64,000 bases of DNA from positions 251 through 64,250 of the forward strand of contig JBQTHR010000012.1 in the NCBI GenBank assembly GCA_052389675.1. Reading direction: 5' to 3'. The stretch comes from Actinomycetota bacterium (lineage in GTDB: Bacteria > Actinomycetota > CADDZG01 > JAHWKV01). Of this stretch, positions 1 to 8,003 are shown piece after piece (position 1 is the first letter of the stretch; every line of letters starts with the position of its first letter). Below the pieces are notes generated by a model that searched no databases, had not been told where the DNA came from, and saw only the letters and a list, made by a program, of their open reading frames with translations. A program made the translations under genes and the position numbers.

Positions 1-90
1 GCATATGGGTGCCCGCGAGGACAATGGGTCTTTTCTGCGTTCGCCCGGAACCGGGTACTTTGTGTGGACTCCAATTCCGCTGGAGCCCAC

Positions 91-360
91 TTAGTCGGTG
101 TCGTCCACTATCTCGGCTTCGGCAGTGGCCCTCTTGCAAGCCTCGGCACCCTTCTTGGCTCCACTCTTCGACTCATAGAGTTCGCTGGTGGCAACAGGCT
201 CACCATTCGAGGCGACTAGGACAAAACGATATTTGCCGGTGCTTCCCTTCTCTATGTGGAACTCCGCGGCCCTTCGATTGTCCTTTCGTGTCGGGCTCGA
301 AGCATTCGGCAAGTCTACGCGGGACTTCACCAACACACGTTGAGGGCGCTCCCGGATCAT
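91..360 (-). CDS. DUF1508/YegP-like small protein (single repeat)
   Basis: C-terminal 55 aa of the minus ORF 91..621 (EFHIEKGSTGKYRFVLVASNGEPVATSELYESKSGAKKGAEACKRATAE) matches the YegP/DUF1508 repeat pattern (FxxxKdkxGkyRFrLkAsNGeviatSEgYtSKagaenGieSVkkNA). The upstream part of the ORF looks non-coding. Start taken at ATG 358-360 (MIRERP...). Lies in the lower-GC island. Confidence 0.45.
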   Translation of the reverse strand: MIRERPQRVLVKSRVDLPNASSPTRKDNRRAAEFHIEKGSTGKYRFVLVASNGEPVATSELYESKSGAKKGAEACKRATAEAEIVDDTD

Positions 361-625
361 CCGACACTCATCCATCCCGAGGCAGCTTCCCAAACTCTTG
401 GTCAGCCATTTGCACGATTCGGCCGAGCAAAACAAGGACCATTGCGCTGCTTTGGAGCCGAAATTACAGCAGAGCGACGTTAGAGCGACGCCGTAGCCGT
501 GACTTAGCGTCGTTCCAGCGACGCCCTCGCTCGATAGTTGAGCGCATGAGTCAAATCGAAGGAACCCAGGAACAGTGCGACCAATGGCGTCGCGCGTCCG
601 CCAGAGGAGCGTCGGCCCCACTACT

Positions 626-655
626 GGTTTGAGGATGCTTAAGCATCCTCAAACC
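626..655. repeat. 30-bp perfect palindrome GGTTTGAGGATGC-TTAA-GCATCCTCAAACC
   Basis: Read directly: 13-bp arms around palindromic TTAA. It overlaps the ATG (635) of the replication-relaxation gene. Confidence 0.8.
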
Positions 656-1337
656 GAAAGGGCTGCTTGTCTTGCCTCATTCCTAACTTCTAGGGACAGA
701 AAGATTTGCCTGGACCTCTATGAGCACAAGGTCTTGACCACCCACCAGGTTGTGGATCTCTCCTTTGATTCCCAGCGCGTGGCAGAGCGCAGACTCTTGA
801 AGCTCTTCCAGTACGGAGTGGTTCTGCGGTTCCGACCGGTCTTGGAACAGGGAAGTTCTCCGCATCACTTTGTTACTGGGCGATCTGGGTGCCTATGTCG
901 TCGCTGCAGAACTGGGAGTAGAGGTGAAGGGATTGAAGCTCGCAAAAGACCGCCTTGCCAAACTCGCCTACAGCCCCAGACTCGCTCATCTCGTTGCATC
1001 CAACGACTTCTTCTCCCGCCTTGTTCGAGCCTGCCGCAATTCTGATGACGTGAGCGTCACCCACTGGTGGGGCGAGGACCGGACCCGCCGGCGCTGGGGC
1101 CAATTTGTCTGGCCAGACGCTTTCGGGCAGGTCCAGCACTCCGGCCGAAAGCAGTCCTTCTTCCTGGAGTTGGACCTGGGGACCGAACGGCCGTGGAGAC
1201 TTGCCGCCAAGCTCGATGGCTACCGGGGGCGTCTCGTTGGTCAAGCAGTCCATCGAGCGTCACAGCCAGGAACCACTCGGAGAGAACTGGCTGGCTCTGG
1301 GAGCAAGCCGACGTGCGTCACTTTTGGATCTCAATAA
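635..1337 (+). pseudogene. replication-relaxation family protein (Replic_Relax), interrupted by a +1 frameshift near 878-882
   Basis: Frame-2 ORF gives LTSRDRKICLDLYEHKVLTTHQVVDLSFDSQRVAERRLLKLFQYGVVLRFRP...PHHFVTG, a typical Replic_Relax winged-helix N-terminus. The continuation (LGAYVVAAELGVEVKGLKLAKDRLAKLAY...HWWGEDRTRRRWGQFVWPDAFG...FFLELDLGTE) is in frame 3 starting about 882. Deleting one G from GGG at 878-880 restores a single frame. Confidence 0.5.
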
Positions 1338-1531
1338 CCGATGAGCGCAAGCACCAGGCCGCGAGTTTTTCGATGTCAGCCTCAACCCTTACCATTCAGC
1401 AATGCTCCAAGACCCAGAGGGGCCGCGCAAAACCGGAGCTCGCCGCGTAGATGCAAAGTATTGCTCACGAAGACTTGCACCCAACGACAGGTCCAGAGGG
1501 AATATCGTCGTCGACTGAAGGAGAAAGGGTA

Positions 1532-2665
1532 ATGGCCCACATAACCAAGCGGCCGGACCGACCAAGGCCCTACCTGGTCCGGTGGATTGATACCTCGAAT
1601 CAGGAGCGATCCAAAGCTTTTGTCCGGAAGGTCGACGCGGAGGCCCACCTAATCGCCGTAGAGGCCTCCAAGTTGCGGGGCGAATACGTTGACCCCAGGT
1701 TAGGGCGAGTGACCTTTGGCGAGTACTCCGAGAAGGTAGCGGCACAGAAGGTGAACCAGCGGCCCAGCACAAGGGCGCGAGACGAGTCGTATTTTAAGAA
1801 TCTGATCCTGCCGACCTTCGGCGCGATGCCCTTGCAGACCATCGAGCTCTCGGATGTAAAGACGTGGCTCGCCGGCCTCCAGGCGCGGGGGAGCGCGCCG
1901 GCCACGATCCGCAAGGCTTATCAACTTCTCGCCGGCGTTCTCGCCGAGGCGGTGCGGGAGCGCCGCATAGCGCGCACTCCATGTCTCGATATCCGGCCCG
2001 GTGATTTGCCGAAGCTGGAACACTCCGAGATGCGTTTCCTCTCCACTCAGGAGGTCCAACAGTTGGCGGACGCGATGGACCCGAAGTTCCGGCCGCTGGT
2101 CCTGACTGCCGCCTTTACCGGCCTGCGCTTCGGGGAGCTGGCCGCCCTGCGCCTCAAGCACGTCAACCTCCTGAAGCGCACTGTGAGCGTCGAGGAAGGC
2201 ATGACCGACGTGAAGGGGCACCAGGCCTTCGGACCGCTCAAGACAAAGGCCTCAAGGCGCACAGTGACCATCCCGGCGTTTCTGGTCGACGTTCTGGCGA
2301 AGCATCTGAAGGCCCGGGCTCCGCTCGGCCCGGACGATCTGATCTTTGTCGGGGCTTATGGCGCACCCTTACGGGCAAGTAGCTTCCGGCGGCGGTTCTG
2401 GTACCCGGCAGTTAAGGCGTCGGTGGGCCCGCCCTGCCGGTTCCACGATCTAAGACACACACACGCCGCCATGCTCATTCAGGCCGGCACACACGCCAAG
2501 CTGATTCAGCGAAGGTTGGGCCACGCGCAGATCGGAGTGACGCTCAACACCTACGGACACCTCATGGAAGGCCTGGACGAGAGCGCCGCCGATGCGCTCG
2601 AAACCGCATGGAACGGTTTGGCTGACGGACCAGAGACGGACCAAGCCGGCTCCGGAAGGCCCTAA
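1532..2665 (+). CDS. int: tyrosine-type site-specific integrase (phage integrase family)
   Basis: MAHITKRPDRPRPYLVRWID... with C-terminal catalytic motifs (R...HDLRHTHAAMLIQAG...LGHAQIGVTLNTYGHL, catalytic Y). Start at ATG 1532 after GGAGAAAGGG. The ORF could extend to 1451. It ends 17 bp from the 3' end of tRNA-Val. Confidence 0.9.
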   Translation: MAHITKRPDRPRPYLVRWIDTSNQERSKAFVRKVDAEAHLIAVEASKLRGEYVDPRLGRVTFGEYSEKVAAQKVNQRPSTRARDESYFKNLILPTFGAMPLQTIELSDVKTWLAGLQARGSAPATIRKAYQLLAGVLAEAVRERRIARTPCLDIRPGDLPKLEHSEMRFLSTQEVQQLADAMDPKFRPLVLTAAFTGLRFGELAALRLKHVNLLKRTVSVEEGMTDVKGHQAFGPLKTKASRRTVTIPAFLVDVLAKHLKARAPLGPDDLIFVGAYGAPLRASSFRRRFWYPAVKASVGPPCRFHDLRHTHAAMLIQAGTHAKLIQRRLGHAQIGVTLNTYGHLMEGLDESAADALETAWNGLADGPETDQAGSGRP

Positions 2666-2682
2666 ATCGGCCGATTTGTGCG

Positions 2683-2754
2683 TGGGCACGACAGGTTTCG
2701 AACCTGTGGCCTCTGCCGTGTGAAGGCAGCGCTCTCCCCCTGAGCTACGCGCCC
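2683..2754 (-). tRNA. tRNA-Val (anticodon CAC)
   Basis: Reverse complement GGGCGCGTAGCTCAGGGGGAGAGCGCTGCCTTCACACGGCAGAGGCCACAGGTTCGAAACCTGTCGTGCCCA folds as a 72-nt cloverleaf: 7-bp acceptor stem with one GU pair, D arm GCTC/GAGC, anticodon stem CTGCC/GGCAG with loop TTCACAC, T arm ACAGG-TTCGAAA-CCTGT. Confidence 0.85.
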
Positions 2755-2861
2755 TTGAACCGATGATCCCCAAGTATAGGCCCCTGTCCGGCCTCTCCCT
2801 CGCCCGTCCGAGTCTTGGCCCGCCGGATTCCTGGGTGGTGGTCCGTTTGATGCCCTGGCCC

Positions 2862-2893
2862 GTGAACTGGTGCGTGAACTGGTGCGTGAACTT
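2862..2893. repeat. tandem 12-mer GTGAACTGGTGC x2.6 upstream of tal-pgi
   Basis: Read directly: gtgaactggtgc gtgaactggtgc gtgaactt, about 55 bp upstream of the ATG at 2950. Confidence 0.7.
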
Positions 2894-2949
2894 ATGGTTA
2901 CGCCCGTCCGGATTCCCCGCGCGCTGGGTAAGCTGATCCGAAAGGGGGG

Positions 2950-5586
2950 ATGCGTTTGAATCCACTTCACCGGCTTCACGATTCCGGCCAAGGCATCTGG
3001 CTCGACTTTTTGCGCCGCGGGCTGATCCAGGGCGGAGAACTGGCGCGCATGATCCAGGAGCGCTCGCTCACCGGCGTGACCTCCAACCCGAGCATTTTCC
3101 GCAAGGCCATCGGCGGGTCGAGCGACTACGACGAGGCAATCGCCCGGGTCGCCCAGCAGAAGCGCGACGCCCGCGAGGTATTTTACGAACTGGCGCTCGA
3201 GGACATCCGGGGGGCGGCCGATGTGCTGCGCCCGGTTTATGACGCCACCAGCGGCAGGGACGGCTTCGTGTCATTCGAATTGGAGGCCTGCCTGGCCCGG
3301 GATACCTCGGGCAGCATCAGCAAGGGCAAGGAACTGTTCTCGTTGCTGGACCGGCCCAACGTAATGATCAAGGTGCCGGGCACCGAGGAGGGCGTGGAGG
3401 CGGTGGAAGAACTGACTGCCGCCGGAGTCAACGTCAACATCACGCTGCTGTTTACCGTGCACTCGTACGAACGGGTGGCTGCTGCCTACATCCGGGGGAT
3501 CAGGCGCCGGGTGGACGATGGTCTGCCGGTCGACCGGATCGCCTCCGTCGCCTCTTTTTTCGTTTCCCGGGTGGACGGCGCAGTGGATGCCCTGCTCCCG
3601 CCCGACTCCAAGTTCAGGGGCAAGGCTGCCGTGGCCAACGCCAAGATCGCCTACCAGCGCTTCCTGGACATTTTCTCCGGCCCGGTGTGGGAAAAGCTCG
3701 CCGAGGCGGGTGCCCGGGTGCAGCGCCCGCTCTGGGCGTCGACCGGCACCAAGGACCCGGCCTACTCGGACGTGATGTATGTGGAGGAGTTGGTCGGAGC
3801 AGACACCGTGAACACCATGCCCCAGCAGACGATGGACGCCTTCTTGGATCACGGCAAGGTCCGTCCGAACTCGGTAACCGATGCGATCCCCGACGCGATC
3901 CTCACGCTCACGACCATCGCCGATCTGGGCATTGACCTCATCAGGATCGGTCGCCGCCTGGAACAAGAGGGGATCGATGCGTTCGCCAAGGACTTTGACG
4001 GGCTACTGGCAACCATAGAGAGCAAGATCGAGCGCATCTGCGCCGGGCGGCTGCGCTGGACGGCGTCTTTGGGCGACCTCCAGCCGGTAGTGGATGCCCG
4101 GATCCGGGAGCTGACTTCCGAGCGGGTAATTTCCCGGATCTGGAGCAAGGATCATACCGTCTGGAGCCCGGATCCGACCGAGATCATCGACCGGCTGGGT
4201 TGGCTCACCGTAGCAGACATGATGCAGGGACGGGTTGCCGAACTGGAGGAGTTCGCTAAGAAGGTGGTCGGCGACGGTTATAGCCACGCGGTGGTCCTGG
4301 GGATGGGTGGCTCAAGCCTGGCGGCCGAGGTCTTCTCCCGGACGTTTCGGGAGGGCGCCCTCATGGATCTGCGGGTCCTGGACTCCACACACCCTGCACA
4401 GATTGCCGCTCTGGAAGCGGAGCTGCCGCTAGAGCGGACAATCTTCTTGGTGGCCAGCAAGTCCGGGACCACGGTGGAGTCCATCTCCCACTTCGGCTAC
4501 TTTTTCAGCAAGACCAACAACCCCGATCAGTTCGTGGCAATCACCGACCCGGGTACCCGGCTGGAAAAGCTCGCTCGATTGATGGGTTTCCGGGAGGTGT
4601 TCACGAACCCGGCCGACATCGGCGGGCGCTACTCGGCGCTGTCGCTGTTCGGACTCGTGCCCGCCGCTCTGGTGGGCGTCGATTTAGGTGAGCTGCTGGA
4701 CCGAGCGGAGGAGATGGCTTGCGCATGCCACCATTGTGTGCCTATTGAGCAGAATCCGGGTGCCTGGTTGGGGGTGGCGATAGGGGTGGCGGCCGCCCAA
4801 GGCAGGGACAAGATTACCCTGGTCCTGCCCGAACGGGTGGCAGGCTTCGGCGCCTGGGTCGAGCAGCTGCTGGCCGAATCTACCGGGAAGGCGGGTACCG
4901 GGATTATCCCGATTGTCGACGAGGATCTGGGGCCCCCCGAGGTTTACGGCGAAGACCGGTTGTTTGTGGGCCTGGGTGAGAGCGAGGCTCTGGCCATCCT
5001 CAAACAGGCCGGGCATCCGGTCATCGAAATCGACTGCGACGAATCCATCGCTTTGGGCGGCGAGTTCTTCCGCTGGGAGTTCGCCACGGCGGTGGCCGGG
5101 CACATCCTTCGTATCCAACCGTTTGACCAGCCCGACGTCCAGTCGGCCAAGGATGCCACCAAGAAGATCCTGAGCGAGAAGGCCCGCAGCACCGGCTTCG
5201 ACAATCCTGCGGCGCTTTTGGAGTTGTTACGGGAGGGCGACTACGTGGCTTTTCTCGCCTATCTGCCCCGCACTGCAGAGCTGGAATCAACTCTTCAAGG
5301 CCTAAGGCTGAAGATCCGGGACGGACGCAGGGTTGCCACCACTGTGGGGCTGGGCCCCCGCTACCTGCACTCCACCGGCCAACTCCACAAGGGCGGGCCG
5401 AACACCGGAGTGTTCTTCGAGATAGTCGAACCCGAATGGGCGGCCGACCTGGCGATACCGGACGCCACGTACAGCTTCGGGCAACTCATCGATGCGCAGG
5501 CCCTGGGCGACTATTCGTCGCTCGAGCAGGCCGGTCGCCGGGTAGCCCGGGTGACGCTTGACCAGCTTAAGGAGGTAATCCGATGA
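2950..5586 (+). CDS. tal-pgi: bifunctional transaldolase / glucose-6-phosphate isomerase
   Basis: 878 aa. The N-terminal ~370 aa is transaldolase-like (NPLHRLHDSGQGIWLDFLRR...TSNPSIF). The C-terminal ~500 aa is a phosphoglucose isomerase (SIS) domain (GMGGSSLAAEV...ASKSGTTVES). A GGGGGGA SD sits before the ATG. Confidence 0.9.
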   Translation: MRLNPLHRLHDSGQGIWLDFLRRGLIQGGELARMIQERSLTGVTSNPSIFRKAIGGSSDYDEAIARVAQQKRDAREVFYELALEDIRGAADVLRPVYDATSGRDGFVSFELEACLARDTSGSISKGKELFSLLDRPNVMIKVPGTEEGVEAVEELTAAGVNVNITLLFTVHSYERVAAAYIRGIRRRVDDGLPVDRIASVASFFVSRVDGAVDALLPPDSKFRGKAAVANAKIAYQRFLDIFSGPVWEKLAEAGARVQRPLWASTGTKDPAYSDVMYVEELVGADTVNTMPQQTMDAFLDHGKVRPNSVTDAIPDAILTLTTIADLGIDLIRIGRRLEQEGIDAFAKDFDGLLATIESKIERICAGRLRWTASLGDLQPVVDARIRELTSERVISRIWSKDHTVWSPDPTEIIDRLGWLTVADMMQGRVAELEEFAKKVVGDGYSHAVVLGMGGSSLAAEVFSRTFREGALMDLRVLDSTHPAQIAALEAELPLERTIFLVASKSGTTVESISHFGYFFSKTNNPDQFVAITDPGTRLEKLARLMGFREVFTNPADIGGRYSALSLFGLVPAALVGVDLGELLDRAEEMACACHHCVPIEQNPGAWLGVAIGVAAAQGRDKITLVLPERVAGFGAWVEQLLAESTGKAGTGIIPIVDEDLGPPEVYGEDRLFVGLGESEALAILKQAGHPVIEIDCDESIALGGEFFRWEFATAVAGHILRIQPFDQPDVQSAKDATKKILSEKARSTGFDNPAALLELLREGDYVAFLAYLPRTAELESTLQGLRLKIRDGRRVATTVGLGPRYLHSTGQLHKGGPNTGVFFEIVEPEWAADLAIPDATYSFGQLIDAQALGDYSSLEQAGRRVARVTLDQLKEVIR

Positions 5587-6452
5587 AGATCGGCATGGTC
5601 GGGCTCGGCCGGATGGGCGGCAACATGGCGGAGCGGTTGCGGCGCGGGGGCCACGAGGTGGTCGGTTACACCCGCTCCTACACTGAGGAGGCGGCATCGC
5701 TGGAGGATCTGGTGAGCAAGCTCCCGCTGCCCCGGGTGGTGTGGGTCATGGTCCCCGCTGGTGCTCCGACGGAGCAAAATATCCGGCAGCTGTGTGCCCT
5801 AATGGAACCGGGAGATGTGCTGATAGACGGGGGAAACTCCAACTTCCGGGACACCATGCGCCGGGCGGACGATGTCCAAATGACCGGGGTGTATTACGTG
5901 GACGCCGGCACCTCCGGAGGTATTTGGGGGCTTACCGAAGGCTACTCTTTGATGGTCGGAGCGGCCGAGCAGGCCTGGGAGATCGTCCAGCCGATCATTA
6001 AGACGCTGGCCCCGGAGAACGCCTACGGGCGGATGGGTCCGCCCGGAGCAGGGCACTTCGTGAAGATGGTCCATAACGGCATCGAGTACGGGATGATGCA
6101 ATCTTTTGCCGAAGGGTTCGAGATCCTCAAAGCCTCGCCCGACTTCGAGTTCGATCTGCACAAGATTGCTACCACCTGGCAAAAGGGCTCGGTGGTGCGC
6201 TCCTGGCTGCTGGATCTGGCGGTCCTTGCATTTGAAGCCGACCCGAACCTGGACGCCCTGCGGGGCTATGCCGAGGACTCCGGGGAAGGGCGCTGGACTG
6301 TCCTGGAGGCGGTTAACACGGGAGTCCCGGCGCCGGTGATTTCGGCCTCGCTGTTCGCACGCTTCGCCTCGCGGCAAGACGAGTCGTTTTCCATGAAAGT
6401 GATCGCCGCACTGCGCCAGCAATTCGGCGGGCATGCGGTGAAGAGCGAATAG
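5583..6452 (+). CDS. gnd: 6-phosphogluconate dehydrogenase (decarboxylating), short NAD-type form
   Basis: MKIGMVGLGRMGGNMAERL Rossmann N-terminus and about 290 aa, like the short Gnd/YqeC family. The start ATGA overlaps the tal-pgi stop, so the two look translationally coupled. Confidence 0.85.
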   Translation: MKIGMVGLGRMGGNMAERLRRGGHEVVGYTRSYTEEAASLEDLVSKLPLPRVVWVMVPAGAPTEQNIRQLCALMEPGDVLIDGGNSNFRDTMRRADDVQMTGVYYVDAGTSGGIWGLTEGYSLMVGAAEQAWEIVQPIIKTLAPENAYGRMGPPGAGHFVKMVHNGIEYGMMQSFAEGFEILKASPDFEFDLHKIATTWQKGSVVRSWLLDLAVLAFEADPNLDALRGYAEDSGEGRWTVLEAVNTGVPAPVISASLFARFASRQDESFSMKVIAALRQQFGGHAVKSE

Positions 6453-6650
6453 CCCCTATTGTTCCAAGGTGCACATAAACACCCATGCGCTCCCCTTCAC
6501 TTACCGCACTGTTGCCAAACCCGACCCCGAAATTGCCACCTCCTGGGCGGCTCCTGCTTTCCCGCTACCGACACTCCCATGTTGCGTCACGGACCATTCT
6601 GGAGTGGCTGCTGGTCCGGCGAGTCGGGTCGTCGACTATCGGCCGGGCAA

Positions 6651-7049
6651 CTAATGAATGAGCACACTCCGCACGTCCGTGTGGGTGAAGTCTTCCCCCT
6701 TGAAGAGCAGAGGCTGTCCGCTCGAGCGGGCCAGAGCATAAGCGAAGCAATCCCCCAGGTTCAGCCCGGCCGGGTGGCCGCTACCCTTGCCGAAATCCTG
6801 GTAGGCCCGGCGAGCGATGCCGGCGTGTTTGTCGGTGAAAGGTTCGATCGCCATCGCGACAGCATCCAGCAGGTCGTCCAGCCGGCCGCTGAGAACGGGG
6901 TCGCGGCCAGAATCCACAACCACCGCCGTCTCAACCAAGGTGGCAGCCGATATCCGGACCTCGTTGGCACTTGCGAGCGCCTCCATGTACAACCCGGCAT
7001 CCTCCTCGCCGCGCAGGATCGCGATGATGGCCGAGGTATCCACGATCAC
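6651..7049 (-). CDS. vapC: type II toxin VapC (PIN-domain ribonuclease)
   Basis: MIVDTSAIIAIL...D...GDCFAYALA, the PIN acidic-residue pattern. It overlaps the upstream antitoxin gene by 4 bp. Confidence 0.85.
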   Translation of the reverse strand: MIVDTSAIIAILRGEEDAGLYMEALASANEVRISAATLVETAVVVDSGRDPVLSGRLDDLLDAVAMAIEPFTDKHAGIARRAYQDFGKGSGHPAGLNLGDCFAYALARSSGQPLLFKGEDFTHTDVRSVLIH

Positions 7050-7345
7050 CGGGGCAACCCGTCTTCGTCGTAGAGCAGGTCGGCGTGGTCGGCGGAGCGG
7101 TACGGCTCACGCCAGCGGCCCGCCGCGTCGGCTGCGATCTCCTGTATGCGCGCCAGACGATCTTTTGCTATCAACTCCCCGGCAGACAAGATACGCTCCA
7201 GCCGTTCCCTGACGGCTACCGTGACTGCGGTGGTGACGTTCTCGCCGGTGGCGGCGGCGAGCTGCTTGGCGATCCGCTCGGTCTCGGCGTTCTTGATGTT
7301 CAGGCTCACGGACAGAAGTCTACCACCACTGATAAACCTTTCCAC
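7046..7345 (-). CDS. vapB: type II antitoxin VapB (Rv0623-like / PSK family)
   Basis: ...SLNIKNAETERIAKQLAAATGENVTTAVTVAVRERLERI is typical of VapB antitoxins paired with PIN toxins. The true start may be internal (GTG before SLNIKN). Confidence 0.75.
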   Translation of the reverse strand: MERFISGGRLLSVSLNIKNAETERIAKQLAAATGENVTTAVTVAVRERLERILSAGELIAKDRLARIQEIAADAAGRWREPYRSADHADLLYDEDGLPR

Positions 7346-7606
7346 CAGCCCGGCGCCCTGCCGTCGCCGGCCTGCGGGCGGGAATGCTGGGTTGGGATGG
7401 ACCGACCATTAGGCTGGGTCCAAGCTCCACTTCGAATTCTTCCTCGGAATCACCCCGGCTTCCTGTGCGTCAGGTTCGGCGAGACCCCTCGAGTGGAATA
7501 AACTCGTGCCGTATCGCCTTTTAGATAACCAGAGAGGAGGAAGGCCCAGGACTCCCCGCCTGATATCCAGCAGACGGAGGCGTAGCAGCCGGGTCTATCC
7601 AGAAGA

Positions 7607-7948
7607 ATGTCCAATGTCAAGGCAGTTACCGATGTTGATTTCCAGGCAGCGGTTTTGGACTCCGACGTCCCCGTCCTGGTCGACTTCTGGGCGGAGTGGT
7701 GCGGTCCGTGCCGGGTGGTGGCCGGCGAGGTTGACAAGCTGGCCTCGGAGTTAGAGGGACGGATGAAGGTTATGAAGCTCGACATCGACACCAACCCGGT
7801 GGTCACCGGCAACTACGGCGTAATGTCCATTCCGTCGCTGATCCTGTTCGCCGACGGCGCCGAGAAGACCAGGGTGGTCGGTGCCCGACCGGCCAGTGCG
7901 ATCAAACGGGAAATCGAGGGCTACCTGCCCGCGGCAGCTGAAGCCTAG
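7607..7948 (+). CDS. trxA: thioredoxin
   Basis: WAEWCGPCR active site, about 110 aa. Confidence 0.92.
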   Translation: MSNVKAVTDVDFQAAVLDSDVPVLVDFWAEWCGPCRVVAGEVDKLASELEGRMKVMKLDIDTNPVVTGNYGVMSIPSLILFADGAEKTRVVGARPASAIKREIEGYLPAAAEA

Positions 7949-7964
7949 AACACCGGTAGTTCAC

Positions 7965-8003
7965 CAGGAAGCGCCGGATCCATGACCGATCCGGCGCTTC
8001 CTG
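7965..8003 (+). terminator. perfect 16-bp GC-rich hairpin (loop CATGACC) followed by TAGTTGTGGTG; putative trxA terminator
   Basis: caggaagcgccggatc-catgacc-gatccggcgcttcctg, 17 bp after the trxA stop. The loop contains the first ATG (7982) of the downstream ORF. Confidence 0.55.

Noticed and set aside
9-632. 207-aa plus-strand ORF at the window start
   Set aside because: Its translation is non-protein-like (Arg/Ser/Pro/Cys-rich). The DUF1508 match is on the opposite strand and covers only 91..360.
6459-7212. ORFs 6459..7073 (+) and 6817..7212 (+)
   Set aside because: They lie antisense to the vapBC pair, which has clear family signatures, and show no protein-like composition.
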